A stretch of 64,000 bases of DNA, taken from positions 744,001 through 808,000 of the forward strand of contig NC_089436.1 of assembly GCF_026210795.1 (NCBI RefSeq), read 5' to 3'. The notes under the pieces were generated by a model. The model was given only the letters and a program-made list of their open reading frames with translations, was not told the origin of the DNA and searched no databases. Numbering within the stretch: position 1 is the stretch's first letter; the number at the start of each line of letters is the position of its first letter. Source of the stretch: Rhizophagus irregularis. Its lineage: Eukaryota. Both the position numbers and the translations under genes were made by a program. Shown here in pieces: positions 35,091 through 50,742 of the stretch.

Positions 35091-38000
35091 AGGTGGTGCT
35101 AACGTTTTAAAGAAGAGTGCGAGTTTCGTAAAAAATTTTTGTCAACTTCTCCAACCAGAAGTATTAACATTTTCCCATATGGAAAGAGAAAACATGTAAG
35201 ATACCAAATGTGTCAAATGTGCAAATGTGTTACCCAAGTGTCCTATTTGTAATTTTAGCACATTTTACTACAAACTATCCATTAACATGAAAACTCTGGT
35301 TGAACTTACAAACTTAATTTATTATCTTCGATGGACTCTGTAACAAAAAATTCGAGATTTCGTTGCACTTCACGAAGTCTATAGCACCTTGTTATTGTCT
35401 TTCCATCACGGAAACAATTTTTACAAAACAAGAAAGACTTAGTCTCCCCTATTGTATGATGCGAGATTGACAAGAGGTGCCATTGTGCAATAAAAGATAT
35501 GAGCAGAATTTTTTGCGATGTAATATTGTGGCGACGGAATATTTAACGGGATGAATATTAAATAGATGTCAACGCATGAGACGACTATATTGGAACCTTA
35601 TGTGGTACAGCACTGGACACCTATGAAAAAACTATTCAGTATATACGTAACAATGGACTACAGTTATTACGCTTTGTTCCATAAGAATATTTGTAATGAA
35701 GCATAGAAATATTGAAAGAGGCTCACTTCACGAGTTTGCATTTGTGGACGAACTAGGAATTAGGACAAACATGAGAATTCTTCAGGTTGGAATTTGTACA
35801 CAAAATGGTAAGTAGAATGAAACTCTTAGTCTTAGCTGAAGTACTTGACTGTATTTCGCTATAGTATTGTCATGGATCATGGTCGAGTGAAGGAGTTTTA
35901 AGAAAAAGCAGACAGATAATATGTTTTCCAATAGACGTTGAAGAAGCATTGTCTAACCCGTTTGTTTTCCTCATCATATAGGGCGGGCCATCACAAGACA
36001 ATTTAGTAGCTTTAGCTAGTTTCACTGAAACTGCCGGTGCCCACACAATGATCACAATAAACAACAGGCAATACAAGATATGCAGAGGACATACATTTAG
36101 TTGTAGCAAAACGTACATATTTTTTCAACTGCAAATACATTTTAGTAGTTGTTAGTACCGAAAAGAAAAGGAAGCAATATAGAGAGAATAGACATTGCTT
36201 CGCAATATTCTCCAGGCATTTCTACTGAAGGAAAAAACAGTGGCGAGTGATACAGTAATCCGATAACATCCACGTAATAAATAGGTATCAATGATATGGG
36301 TGTCAGATAATTTACATGCGTGCTAGAAAGTGGATAAATATTATTTGGATTACAGATATACTAAGGACAGACATTTGGTAATCGAAACAGAGAGATATGT
36401 AGTCTTTGTTTGTATTAGATGATTCGGATGGACTTTATTATCAATCATAAACAATGCTATTGCTAGTAGTGTCCAAGATTTTTTGCTAAAAGTGATAGTG
36501 ACTGACATAGTTCGACTCAACGATTTTAATGATCGAAGCGAAAGAGGATGAACTACACCTTGTTTTTCGGCATTCCGTTTAATATATATATATATATATA
36601 TACCTCTTCTTTTGTGGTTAACGCTTCGTCTATTGATTCATCGGTGATAGTCACTGGCGCAACACCAACCGTTCCACGCAATAACATGCCAAGCCATACG
36701 ACAGCACGAGCAAACTTCCTTTCCTCCCAGACTGCTGATTTTTGAAGTTATTGTATAGTTCAGTTGTTGGGATACGTAAATGAAAACGTGTTTACATCAC
36801 AGATTTGTAAATACGGTCCAGCTATGTTGAAGTGGCTAAAGCCAATGGCATTAGATAAGACGATGATATTATTTTCAGACAATAAGGCTAATAAAGAAAC
36901 CTAGACAATCCTAACCATCGTTAAGAATTTGAGACTGTTGTCGATTGGGATATACTCTTATTTGTAATACCCGATTAATAGTACTAGATTCTTTTTTAGC
37001 TTGCTTGTTAACTGTATATACTTTGTGAACGAGAACCATGTATTTGTAACGTTCTATTACAATTCTTCGTTTCGTGGTGGTTATACGTGGGTATCCCCAA
37101 TTGTCGAGTCAAAGCTAGAGTTCCTTGTTCCAGTAAGGACCAGGATCAGGTGGAATTTTGGAACTTGACTGAACAGCATCCTTCAGCTTTTCATGTGATA
37201 TGTTATTTATTATTGTATGGCGAACAATATAGTATGTAGAGTAGACACGTGTTTTCGATTGTAGAAAATAGTGCATATGTGGCCTTCGTTTGTATTGGAT
37301 TATCGAGATTTTCTAGTTTGGACTGGGCAATCCAACACGCTTCTCTTTGGAGTTTCTTTCAGCTAAAAAATTTCTTCAAACTAGTTATCGAAAACGTGGG
37401 ACGAGAGCACGTTAATAATATCATTTGTTTCTACAATATATCCCTAAGAACTAGTAGTAGCTTCTCTTTAGAGTTCCTTCGGAATAGCTAGTTTCACTGA
37501 AACTACTGGATGTACAATATTCAAGTAAATGGTTAATAGCAAAATGTATACGGGAAGAACGAGTAAAAAAATAGTCCATGAAATGGAAAACTCTGCTGGC
37601 TAAAGCCCTCCTAAGGTAGTGAACGGGAATCTAGTAGACACACTTCGTGATTCTTTTTCGTTGTTGATCAGAAAGGATTTTATAAAATCTCTTGGTAAAA
37701 TTTCACAGTTTAGTCCGTTCTGTAATTTCCCTAGATTCCCTTTATAATTTTCCTCGTTCCTCGAAAATTCACTTCTTTGAAGGTCCTAATGGACTAAAGA
37801 TTTTTTTGTATACATTTGTCTATTATTAATCTACGTAATTGATAATGTAAGTGAATAGTAAAAAATGAAACACAGAGCGTGGTTGAGCGGCAAGACGCTC
37901 ATAGAACTGGAGAGACTAAGAACCGCGTTCTTAGAGAATAATGTTTCCATAGATTTACAAGACAATAACGTAGATCATTGTAACACATAATTATTAAAAT

Positions 38001-40299
38001 CTGTATGATTTTTGCTCTTCGAGCAGTCTCCGACTGAGCAAAGCGAAAAAAATTATACAGGGAAATCTCTTGGCAAAATTTCTTGGCAAATCATTATCCT
38101 CCAGGTATTTCCCAAAAGGCGCTAAAGCGCAGTGACGATTGTTTCATAATTCCGGTAATGAGTCCAGCGTATATACTGGTGTGGGTTTATCATTACTATT
38201 GGTGTAGTCTTATTTTTCTCGAAAGTTGTTGCAGTCACTGTTAAACGCTAAAATATTGGATGACGTGGGAATTAATTTTTCGTATCTCACTAGAGGTGTT
38301 TGTTATATTCATTAGTCTAGTCCGTATATTTAACTAAGAAACCAGACTTATAGCTTGACTGTGATCCGAGGGGCACGATCTCGTTGTTCCAAGGTTACAC
38401 AATGTGTAGACATCCAATAACAATACAGGCACGTGATCTATAATTAAGCCGCAGAATCATAACTAATCATTCTGGGTTGGGATCTTAGTATTAGTAAATT
38501 TCTTTAGCATCGGAAATACTAGGCATTATTCATAATCTTTTACATATACACTGAACTTGAAATCTCTTCAATAAATCTCAATTTATCAAGCTTGTCATTG
38601 AAATCGAATCAAACGTTGTCTGTTTCTGCTCAACAATTGCTACTTTTGTCCCTCATCTAAATGGCTTTAAAAAAGAAGTCATTTTTTAAATAACGATTAT
38701 TATCCAAATCGTGGATAAAATATTCCTTTCAGATTTCATCAACTACCGTTAAAGGAAAGATTTTGCGTCGAGGATTATCATTGTGCCAGAGAATAAATAG
38801 GGGACAATCTAATTTCGCAAACCAGTCAATATAAATAAACGGATAGTAATGATCATAATTACCTTTGTGCTTGAAAATGGCTTTGATGATCGCATAGCTG
38901 TTATCATGATCGTTTTGAATTGATACTATATCATTCTTATGTAGATGACATTTACTTTGAAATAGCCTTCATTTCATGTAGGATGTGTATTCGTAAAATT
39001 TACACGATTTGTTAATTAGTGATGCATGGAATCCAAAACTATTATAGAAGAGCCAAGTCGGATTGAAATATTTGATGTTAGTTTTAATCATTATATTGTG
39101 AGCCGATACTGGTTTTTTTAGCTTTATATTTTGAATCCGGCTAAATTGGAAGCTAACTACAAAATCGATAATAAAGTAAAATAACAATAAAGTAATAATT
39201 CATTGTACAAATTGTTAGAGTCTTACCATATTACCATAATACACAATGAAATAAATTTACCGATCAAGAATTCAAATACTTTACAGGAATGTTTTAAATC
39301 GTGTATACATTGTGACCAAATCGTGACTAAATAATATAGTGGTTATATATCAGCAATAATAATGCATTAGAGCTATATGATAATTACGAACCTATACTAG
39401 TTAAATGTAGTCAGTATTAGTCTACATGCAGTTACTGCGCATTAAGACGATCACGACTTCGACACTGTTTATAAAGAATCTATTGTACAAGTTGTTACGA
39501 ATTAGTTTAAAATTTTTAAATGTATAGTAGATAGTTCATAAATACGGTTTAAAGTTTAGTGAGAATATAGAAAATATGTCGCAAAGAATTAATAAATGTA
39601 TCATTAAACATGTAGTAAATATGTCGTAAAGAATTAATAAATTTATTAATATAATTTAGTAAATACTTTGTAAATATGTAGTAAATACTGTATATCGCAA
39701 AAATTAATAGTATTATTACGAAAATTTAGTAAATACTTTGCAAAGAATTAATAAATGATTTGTTGCTACTTGTTCATGTAATATATAATACTTCGTAGCG
39801 AAGTGATAATATATTATATATAGCCTTGAAGAAATACATGTTTTTTATATATAAATCATTCCCAAAATCGTGACAACCTACCGCTGATGCATTCATCATC
39901 GTTACAATGATGAATAAAATGCGCTGTGTTATTTGTATCAAGTTCTCTTATAGGACGCGTATCCCGAAGCCCATAAACTGGACATTCTAACTTCTTTTGA
40001 TTGGTAATTTCGGACTTATCGATGAAATACTAAATCCTAAAAATTAAATATAATATTGCGCCCCAAATTAAATAATGTCACTAGATAAAGTCGTCCTCTA
40101 CAATACCTTAACTAGTTAACCATCTTAACCGGTTAATTAATCAATCAGTTCCAATCTCTAGACTTCATTTCTTATTTTATTCTAGGGACGCCATACAACT
40201 CATACTTTTAAAGGTAGATTAGGAGCGAATGAAAAAATTTTTATATCAGTTTTTGAAAGAACAAAATTTATTATTTAGTAAAAAAAAAAAGGAGAAAGG

Positions 40300-41220
40300 A
40301 AGAGATAGCCGACACTGTGAGCAATTCCGGGAAGTTTGTCCAAAACTTTGTGTCCAAAACCCCAAACAGGGTGTTCGCCGCAACTGGTTTTGTGGCCAAT
40401 AAAGGCAAAACGTCGATTATTCCTTTCATGGCTAAAAATTGATCGCAGAAGCGCAAAAGTTTTACCCTCTTCTTCGGAAATGGTGGTAACAACATCACTG
40501 ACATGCAGACGATATTGTGTATTACAGTAATTCCATTATCTTCTACTGAAAAACAAATAAGTTCATAGTATCGACATGAACTTTCAAAAAATGCCACTTC
40601 ATAGCCCATTTTTTGGTATACTGATGCCAATTCTCTACAAAAGCCAGAATCGTTTGGCACATTTTCTTCGGCATGTTTTTTTGGTATACCTTCTTTAAGA
40701 TTATATTCGAGATATATTCATCTAGTGAAGAAATAATAAATATCTAATATAAGATTATTAATTAAAAAATTCATATAATTCAATAAAGAAACTTTGATCA
40801 AACCATCGCTTATATCTTCTTCGGGATCAAAGGGTTTTTCGACAATCAACCGTTTTAAGTGATAGGGAAGGTTCATTAAAGCATTATTTGTAGAAGAAAA
40901 ACGTTTGTCAATACCTCCGTCAAATAGATGGCGTACTGTAAACAATGTTGTATATCGTTTTAATAAGTCAAGTTCAATATTCTTTCAATTCGTTCATGGC
41001 ACAATATTTTTGAATATGCAGTGCACTATTTCTTTTGTCCCTACACCTGTATTTAACAATGTTGCATATTTCTTGCTGTTGCACTAAATGATAAATTAAC
41101 ATGTAAATTTGGAAGATTCTCAAAATCTTCAAACGCCCGTTTGTAATTATTGTAATAAACAACAGAAATAATACAAGTCATAATCATTGCGTAATTTCAA
41201 CGTTTATTAATTACCTGCGA
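40300..41220 (-). pseudogene. Transposase relic, possibly CMC/EnSpm-like
   Basis: Broken frames read NLHVNL...YATLLN...GTKEIVHCIFK...DLLKRYTTLFTVRHLFDGG...GDVVT; multiple stops. Confidence 0.4.
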
Positions 41221-41819
41221 AAATAATTTCCTTTCACTATCTACTTTGATAAAAAAGTTAATCCAAGAATGAGAAAAAAGCATTAACTTGAACTCGCAAT
41301 CTAACCTGCTAGTAAAAAGCATAAAGTTCCAATTGATTTTCATTATTCTCTAGTATGTCTAGCTTAACAAGTTCACCTAATAATGATAAAAAAAGATATT
41401 AAGAAATAATCAGAATGAGGAACTGATTTTATCATTTTGTTTATTAAATGATAATAATGGAAAATGACAATCAGCTGATAATAATAATGTTGTTAATGAC
41501 GAAGAGAATTTAAATTATGATAAGGATTATAGAAATCTTGCTGAATTTTTTCTGCCTTTAATTTGAATGATACAGATTTCAATTTAGATCCCGAAGTTGC
41601 AAATTTTGATGATTTATGGATTTTTCTTTAAATATTTAAATACTAACAAGTGACTTTAACTACAAAATGCTGATTTAAAAATACCAGTTGATTCAGTTCT
41701 TTCAGGACTTTTTAAGAATGTTAAGTTCATTGATAACTCCATGGAAATAAATTTCATTCAGAAAAAAAATCTATTATAGATGTTGTCACCATTAAATGCA
41801 AAATCAAACACTTGGTGAT

Positions 41820-42340
41820 TCTATTCAATTTCTAGCATTTTTTTTTATTCTCATATAAACTAAATTATTAAATAGGAGTTTTATTTTATTTAATTCCCAG
41901 TATTTTTTTTATTTTATTCTTATATAAACTAAAATATTATACAAAATTTTGTTTTATTTTATTCAATTCCCAGTACAGATATTTTTTTTTTATTTTTACA
42001 CGAACTAATATATTATATAGGATTTTGTTTTATTTTGTTCAATTTTTAGTATAGTAATTCCTAGTATTTTTATCCATTTTCATATAAATCGCTTAATTTC
42101 CAGTATTTTTTTTTCCATTTTCATACCAAAAAATTATATAGGATTTTGTTTTATTTTATTCAATTTCCAATATAGCATTTTTTTTTTCATTCTTATATGA
42201 ACCAAAATATTATACAGGATTTTGGTTTATTTTTGTTTAATTTTCAGTATATAGGATTTTGTTTTGTTTTATTTTATTCGATTCCCAGTATTTTTTCCAT
42301 TTTCATACCAAAATATTTTACAATACAGTATTTTTTTCCA
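41820..42340. repeat. Degenerate AT-rich tandem repeat (AATTCCCAGTATTTTTT...TATAGGATTTTGTTTTATTTT)
   Basis: Recurring ~70-80-bp unit. Confidence 0.65.
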
Positions 42341-42868
42341 TTCTGAACTTCAATCATTCACCATACCATACCATGCCACAATTGCCACATGCTAATACTA
42401 TTACCTATAATAATATCCAAGAGCCTTGCTATTAAACATAAAAAGACACATTAATTTTAATTCTATCCTATTACCTATAATAATATCCAAGAACTTTGCT
42501 ATTAAACATAAAAAGACATATACTGTTTTCTATTTTTGGAGACATAATTTATCATAAGTATAGTACATGTATAGTACATAGTTTTCTTTTAAACCCATGT
42601 TAAGTTGTTAACCCACGCTCTTACCTTTTTTTTTTTTAAAAAAAAAGGTTCTATATAATCACATATAATTATTATACTTTTTAATTACAAATACCATGCA
42701 TTAATCACTAAATTGCATCCAAAAATAAATATTATGAATTACGATTTACACATTATTTCTAAGAATAAAAAAAAATATATATATTAAAAATGGAAACGTG
42801 ATGCAATATTATAAATCTTATAAATATTATTTATTATGTGTGTACGAATATTTTCATTAAAAAACCTT

Positions 42869-42899
<31 letters not shown>

Positions 42900-45800
42900 T
42901 ATAAAACTAAAAATATTTTTTGAAATTATGGGTCAGTAGATCTTCAGGTTTTATGGGAAACTGGTTCTTGGCATTTAATTAGTAAAAACTTTTTTTTTTA
43001 AAGTTGAAAAGAATTTTTTTTTTTTTTAAAAAAAAAAAAAAAGAATTTGAAGTCTCTAACTCGAACGAATAATTATAAACCAAAACCAAAAATTAATGAA
43101 ATGTTTGAAATCAGAAAGTTAAACTGAACCACTAATAATCATTGAATAAACGGAATATCCGACCGAATAATGTACAATTTTTTACTACGTATAATTATTA
43201 CAGTTATAAATTCTTTGGACTAGTGAAAAAAAAAAAGTCGCAGTTTAATCAAAATAAATATCCTGCAAAATAATTACAATTAAACTCATATACAATAATA
43301 ACAATAATAAATGTTACAGCCGAATGTAATATAAATTTTATTTTGGTGTTACTTTTAATAAATTTGATCTAGTCTATTTTAGAGAATAATTTTAATTAAA
43401 GGTATCCGAAATTTTTTTAGGCTTAAAAAAAAAAATAAAAAAAAAACATTTATGAGCCCAATAAAATAAAATAAATGTATAATGTTACGGGACAGCCGAT
43501 AATATCCGAAACAAATTTTTCGGAAAACTTGTGTATATACATGATTTTTTTTTCTTTTTTTATGTTACTTGTATAAAATTGATTACAAGGTAATTGATTA
43601 CAAGGTTATGTATAGCCCCTATCTATCTGCTATTACAGTTTTTTCCGCCAGATCGACCGGCAAAATGATCGGTATCCCGTGAAATACTAGCCGCCTAAGG
43701 TTTGGTTCCCTGACAAGTTTTTTTTTTTTTTGATTTTATACGTGTTATTATAAATTATATTTATAACTTGTATATTTATTTATAATAATAATAATAATAA
43801 TTATTATTATTATTATTATTTTTTTCGAATCATAAGATTCCTTATATTCCTTATGTACTTTTTGAACACTTAATTTACTGTAATCGTGTAATGTATCAAC
43901 GCTTTATTAACAAAAAAAGATAATTGATTCAATATACCCATTTAAGAGATAGTTAATAGTTTAAACCAGATAAAAAAATTACTAATTAAAAAAATATTAT
44001 ATTATGGTAAATCTTTCTATAATAAAGAAATTGTATGGAGGAAATTGTATCAAAAGATTGGTGGTTTTTTTTTTAACTCCCAAAAAAAAATGTTTTAAAA
44101 ATTATTTATTATTATTATTATATTATTATTTAATCGATGAGATACATCAATAACGATTGCGTTTTTTCATTCGATTAGAAAGAATTTATTGTTTATGCAT
44201 AAAACCAGTTTTAAATCTTGATTGTTGGAATAAATCAAAATTTTTTTTTGATTATCATTACCACGAAAGAGTATGAAGAGCGTATGATTATTGTGACGTG
44301 ATGCGAAAAAAGAATCGCCATATATGCTATATAAACTATATACAATATATATACATATAACTTTTTAGGTTTAATTTGTATTTCAATAAACAATCAAATA
44401 CAACCCAATCCCCCTCAATAACTTTTATTATTTATTTAGATTTACAAAATCACAAAAAAAAAAAAAAAAAAAATAATTTTTTGTGTACAAAGAAAATTTG
44501 CACAATAAAAAAAAACTTAACTTAGCGAATGAAGAAATAAAAGTAAAATGAAATGGAGATAGAATGAAATAAAATAAAATAAAATAATAAAAAATATATA
44601 ATAAAATAAATAAAAATAGAAAGAAAGAAAAGATGAATAATAATAAGATAAAAAAATAAAAATAAAAATAAAAATAAAAATAAAAATAAATAAATACATA
44701 AATAAAATGTATAAATGAATAAATGAATAAATGAATACCTTGAATAACTTTTTTGAAAATAATAACAAAAACTTTATTTTTAAAGTATTCTGGTCTAGAT
44801 TGTGACTTCTTAAAAAAAAAAATCTACTTCCTTTTTGCTCGAATAGTTTTTTGATCTACAAAATAGATTGCGGTTAAATTGTTTTCAAAAAAAAAAAACT
44901 TGTATCAAAGAAACAAAAAGTAAACGAATCATTTTTTTCAATCGAGAACCTTATTTCTTTCAAAGAAAAAGAAATGAATATCCTCATTTGAGTTTAGTCT
45001 TGATTTTTTAATTTTTTTCTATTATACAAATAAAAAAATCTTTTTTCTTTCTATTGTTCTAATAACAAAAAATTTTTTTTATTATTCTTACAAAAGTGGA
45101 ATCATTTAAAATTAATGAATCCAATTATAATTTCGTTTTTAATAACAAAAAGATTTAATAAAAAAAAAATAATTTGACCTTTTTAATATTCATTAATATT
45201 AAACTTTAAAAAAAAAAAAATTTATTATTTGTTATTGTTATTATTATTATTATTATTATAATTATATATATATACACACATTATATCATTATATATATTA
45301 TATATATACACACATTATATATATACATTATATATACACATTTATATATATATGTATACACATACATATTATATACTGTATATACAAAATAAACATAAGT
45401 TGTATGTGTGTATCGAAAAAAAAAATTTTTTTTTTTCCACCCAAATGTATGACAAGAGTAATTTGTGATCATGTTCTTTCTCAAAAAAGATAATTTTTTT
45501 CTTCCTTTTATTTTTTTTTAAGGTTTCAGGGGTGAAAAAAAAAAAACGGGTAAAACATAAAATTGAATGCAATCAGAAATTCAAAGAAAAAAAGAAAAAA
45601 AAATTTTATATATACTAGGCAATATATTGATTTTTTCGAATTAAAATTAAATATTTTGATTATTATTATTATGCACTTTTAAGAATTTGTACTTATTACA
45701 CGTGGGTTCAAAAAAAAAAAGTTAATCGATCTTTTATTAATTTATATTGTGTATCAATTAAATTCATTTATATTCGGCGATATTCGCTGCGGATCAAAAG

Positions 45801-48800
45801 AAATTATTAGTTATCATGTGGATTTCGATATGATTTTTTTGATCGGCACAAATATGACACAAGCCATTTAGGTATTTGAACGAAAAAAAAAATAAAAATT
45901 ATGTAAATGACAAGTAAAGAATTTCACGTGATGAAACCATCATGTGGTAGGACAATTCCCCGGTAGAATTTTAACATTTCCGTTCTGTCCCATTCAATCA
46001 TAAAGTTCGGACCTCGGACCATTCCATGCAAGGATGTGCCTGAAAGATGAAATTGGGCAGCTATGATCAAAAAAAGGAAATTCATACGAAAAAATTTTAC
46101 AATTTCAAAAACCTTACAATTTCAAAAAGAATCATAAGGTATGACGGAAATACACCGGTTATTCCGTCAAAAATTTATCCTCGTTTAAATTTGTAATTGT
46201 AATAATAGAGATTGTGAAGATCCCGAATACTCATAATATAACAACAATGCATAATCTAAGAATAAAATTGGAATTTTTCAATAAATGATAATAATTTCTA
46301 TTTATTTTTACTCTTTTTGAAAAAAAAAAGAAAAAAAAAAAAATTTTTTTTAAAAAAAATAATTTTTAATTAATCCATTTTTAGAAAAATTTTTTTTTTT
46401 ATAAACAAGTATGCAAGCAAGAGTACAAAACTTTAATGATGTTCTTCTTTAATCCTTTATTATATAGTTAAAGTAATTAATTTACCAAAAAAAAAAATTA
46501 TTAAAATTTATTCAAAAAAAAAAAAGATTGCGAATTACAGTCAGTAATCTTAAGATATATCAAACTAATAATTTTTCTTCTTTACACTGCATTTTGCAGA
46601 TAATGTGAAAATATAAATTGAACAATTTCATGTGTTCAATATTTCTTATTTTGTTTATGCATACATGCGCATAATTAACACATAAATAATTAGGATGAAT
46701 CTTTCTCGCAGAAATTCACTGCTCCTAATTTATATATGCATTGACATTTTTCTTTTTGTGTTCCATCCTAGAATTAATTCGAAAAGAAAAAACTTAAAAT
46801 ATATAAATAGAATATATTTATCTATCCATCTATCTATCATCTACGCATATAATTAAACAAAGAAAACCTTATGCATTTAATTTTAAAAATTTAATTAATG
46901 AAATCCTTTGTTTTAAAAAAAAATTTTTTTTTAAAATTTATAGATGTTAGGAAAAAAAACATGGCTTCACAACATTTTTTTGTCGATCCAAACGACCAAT
47001 AATGGGTTTTTCCGGATTTCGTCATAAAAGATAATTAAAACCTAATTAACCTAATTAATTCTAATTAACTTAATTAAAATGTATATTAAAATTAGAAACA
47101 AACAAGAGAAACAAACAATTTTTTTTAAGGGGAAGGAACATAAAATCTTTAATCATAAAAAACAAAAAAAAAATATAAAAAAAAATAAAAATAAAAATAA
47201 ATAATATTAATAATCTTAAATCATTTCTCTCATACATTATTAAAAAATTTTATTAAAGGTTTATTATTTATTTATTTATTTTTTTGTTTTTTTTTAAAAA
47301 AAAAAATTTTAAATATCCGTTTAACTCCGATTTTTCCGATTTAAGCTGTTAAACGTAAAACAAAAAACCAACAAAAATAGTCTCACCTCCTGCAACGGAA
47401 TATTTTGATTAAAATCTTCGATTCTTTTTTTTAATAAGATTTATAAGATTTTTATAAGATATGTTATTTTATGTTACAATAAATACAATAAATACAATAA
47501 ATACAATAAATACAATAAATAAATATTTAATTGTTTCCTGCACGTAATTTAAAGGATTGAAAAAAAATCATTTTATCGTAAAATATATTCTTAAAATGCA
47601 GGGAGAATTTCCAAATTAAACCGAATTTATGTTGGATTTTTCATTATCAAAAAAAAAAAGATTTTTTTAATGTGAAAAAAAAAAGAAAGAATCTTAAAAT
47701 TGTAACAAATAGAGGCGTACGTAAATATTTATTACATGGATTATTTTGAATAATTTAAATAATTGGTCTTTTTTCGATTTTTTTTTTCATGCAATGAAAA
47801 ATAAAATAAAATAAAAATAAAAAAAATAAAAATAAAAATAAAAAATAAAAATAAAAACAAAAAAAAGTAAAAATAAATAAAAATAAAATTCGAGAAGTAA
47901 AAAAAAAAAAAAAAAACAATTTTTTTTTAATTTAAATATCCAATACATCCAATACATCCAATACAAAGTTTTTCCAATTTTTCCCAGACTGTTTTAAAAA
48001 AAAAAAAAAGAATTTTTTTAATTTAAAATAAATAAATAAATAAATAAAATAAATATTATACTGTTATATATAAATAACGATAATTGAACACTGCAGATTG
48101 AATATGAAAATTAAATTATTAATGTACTTTAAACCGATTAAATTGACCAAATTAATTATTAATATTTTTGTCATTACTCTTTTTGGGAAGGTTTTGTTAT
48201 TAAATGATTGGGTAAATATTTTTTAAGGTTATAGAACTATAAATTTAACAAAGAACGTAGTTTTAACAGCTAATTCGAGGAAAACTAATGAATGAATGAA
48301 TAAATGGAAAGTTATTGATTTTAACTTATAATAATAATATTATATCATAAATTCCCAAAAGAAAAATCCCTGGACAATAACTTTATAAACCTTCAATGAC
48401 GAACCAACCAAAATCCTTTTTTCTTTTCTCCCAAAAAGATTTAACAATTTTGGGTACATCTATTTATTATGCCGAATATAAACAATCAATTCAATGTACA
48501 TGATAGGATTTACATTTAACCTTAATAACCTCCAATCCTACATGCGGTCAATACGCCATTTATCTTAGAAGAGTATATTATATTTATTATATATCTTTTC
48601 TTTTTAAGAAACTTTATTTGTTAATGAAAAAAATCTCTTTTTTTATTATTATTTGTTTTTGTACTATTGTTTTTATCCTTGTTTATCTGATATAATAGTA
48701 ATAAAAAACCTTATTTATATCGATTTTATTGGCTGTCAATGTGTAATATTACAATCATTAGAAAAATACATTTATAATAATTAGAAACTTGGAGATTTTG

Positions 48801-49637
48801 AGATAAAGATACCTTACATGGGTAGATTACTATAAATAGGATGCAAAAGTTGAATGTAAATTAAGCACATAAGCATTAGGATTTGAAAAAAATTACTTTT
48901 AGTAGGAGGATTACTTTAGCAACTTGGAGATTTTGTGCAAAAGTGGTCAATAAAAAGCGTTACATTTACTTTGGTAACTTGGAGATTTTGTGTAAAAGTG
49001 GTCAATAAAAACGTTGTATGTAAATTAAACATTATAATTAAAATACGTTACATAAGACATAAGAAGTACGTAAGTACTGTACGTAAGTTTTAAGAATATT
49101 TAAATTAACCAATAACCTGGTATTAATATATATTAATATGGGTGGTTGATCTGCGCGCCTTAATACTTCACATGGTAAATTGGCCATAGCTCATACACTT
49201 AAATAACTTTAAATAAATATTTGTAACCATATAATCGAATATTTATTGTATACATAAAAAAAAACCAGTTTTTTTTTTTTAAAAAAAAAGAGTCTCATAT
49301 TATCTCATATTATATTAATTGTAAATTATTTGGAGTTCCTTAATGTTAAAAAATGATGCATATTGATATCTATAAAAAATTTTCTTATCTCTCTCTTTTT
49401 TTTTTCTTGCTATAAAAATAAAGCAAAAAAAAAAAATAGATACAAAACATATATTTTCTCTCTCTTATTAAATTATTTAGAAGGATAAAAACTTATATAT
49501 ATAATAAATTATGAATAATGATTTAAAAAATTAATAATAAAATAATGTATGACAACAAAAAAAAACCACCTAAAAAATTATCCTGCTGAAAATATAAAAA
49601 TATAAAAATATATAAAAGATCTGATGTAATCAAAGAT

Positions 49638-50742
49638 TTATTTTTTTTGAGCAATAAATCTATGGGAAGTTCTAAACGTTGTAAACTGATTATATTCCAG
49701 TTCTGCCATTTCCATCATATTATCATATTCTTCCTCTGTTATATTAAGATGGGACATTATCTGTTGCTTCATCTTGGATGAAAGATGGCGTATGTAGGAA
49801 ACCCCAAACTCTCCTGTTTTACCTGCCCACGTTCCAATTGGAGAAATAGCAATTTCATGATTTATACTTGAAACTTGGTTATCACCAAGTAACCAATCTT
49901 CGAATTTCTCACAAATTGAATTATTCATATTTATTGCAAGCACTAATATAAATTATGAAACGTTTATGAGAAATGTGTCACAATAAATTAATGAGTAAAT
50001 GAACAATTTTTACTTACAGGCTTGATTCATTTTTTCTAAATTTTTACCACATCTAGAAAGCTCCGAATCATTTTGCATGATTTCTAACCAAGAACCGGAC
50101 TTTGTAAGACGAAGTAATTCTCGCAAGACTGTTTCTTCCCATTCCTTTTGGGAAAATGAATCCCCTACCAGTCTTGCGAATACGAGGTCAAATGTGTTAT
50201 CTTCAAAGGGTAAACCCTCGATTATATTTCCGAGGGAAAATTTTAAATTTTTTTCATGGTGGTTTGTTGGAAATATTGGTGCTATATCTACCCCTATAAA
50301 ATTACTTTCAGGGTAATGTTTGGCCATTTCTAACGACCAGGTACCAGCGCCGCAACTATGTTTAATAAATTTTAATTTAATTAATTTAATATTATAAATA
50401 TTATATATATACATGTATGATGTGTATAATATATACTTACCCAATATCTAATACATTTGCGCCACCTCTTTTAAGAATTTCTTCAACAGGAGAAGAGAAA
50501 TTATTTTGCCACAAATGCCTTATTAAATAATGTGGATCTTCAAGCCACATTTTTTTTTCTTCGGTAGTTGCCGGTAAAGGATATTTCATTTCACCGCTCC
50601 TAGATTTACTGGCAATAATAAATTTCCTACCAAAACTAGTAGGGGTAGTTTGTGGATCTTGTCCTAAACAAGCAGGTCTCCTACGTCCATTATATTCGTC
50701 TCTGATTGAATTTGTATTCAATCTTCTCAACGCGTTGCCCAT
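49638..50742 (-). CDS. Class I SAM-dependent methyltransferase, 3 exons (50742-50441, 50355-50018, 49942-49638)
   Basis: GT-AG introns restore VLDIGCGAGTW (motif I); FIGVDIAP; GLPFEDNTFDLVF; LLRLTKSGSWLEI. Confidence 0.9.

Noticed and set aside
35300..38500. GC-richer, coding-like stretch (possible decayed retroelement or gene)
   Set aside because: All frames are heavily interrupted and I could not identify a diagnostic motif.
44517..45572. Hydrophobic or Tyr/Ile-rich ORFs
   Set aside because: Translations of AT-rich microsatellites and homopolymers.
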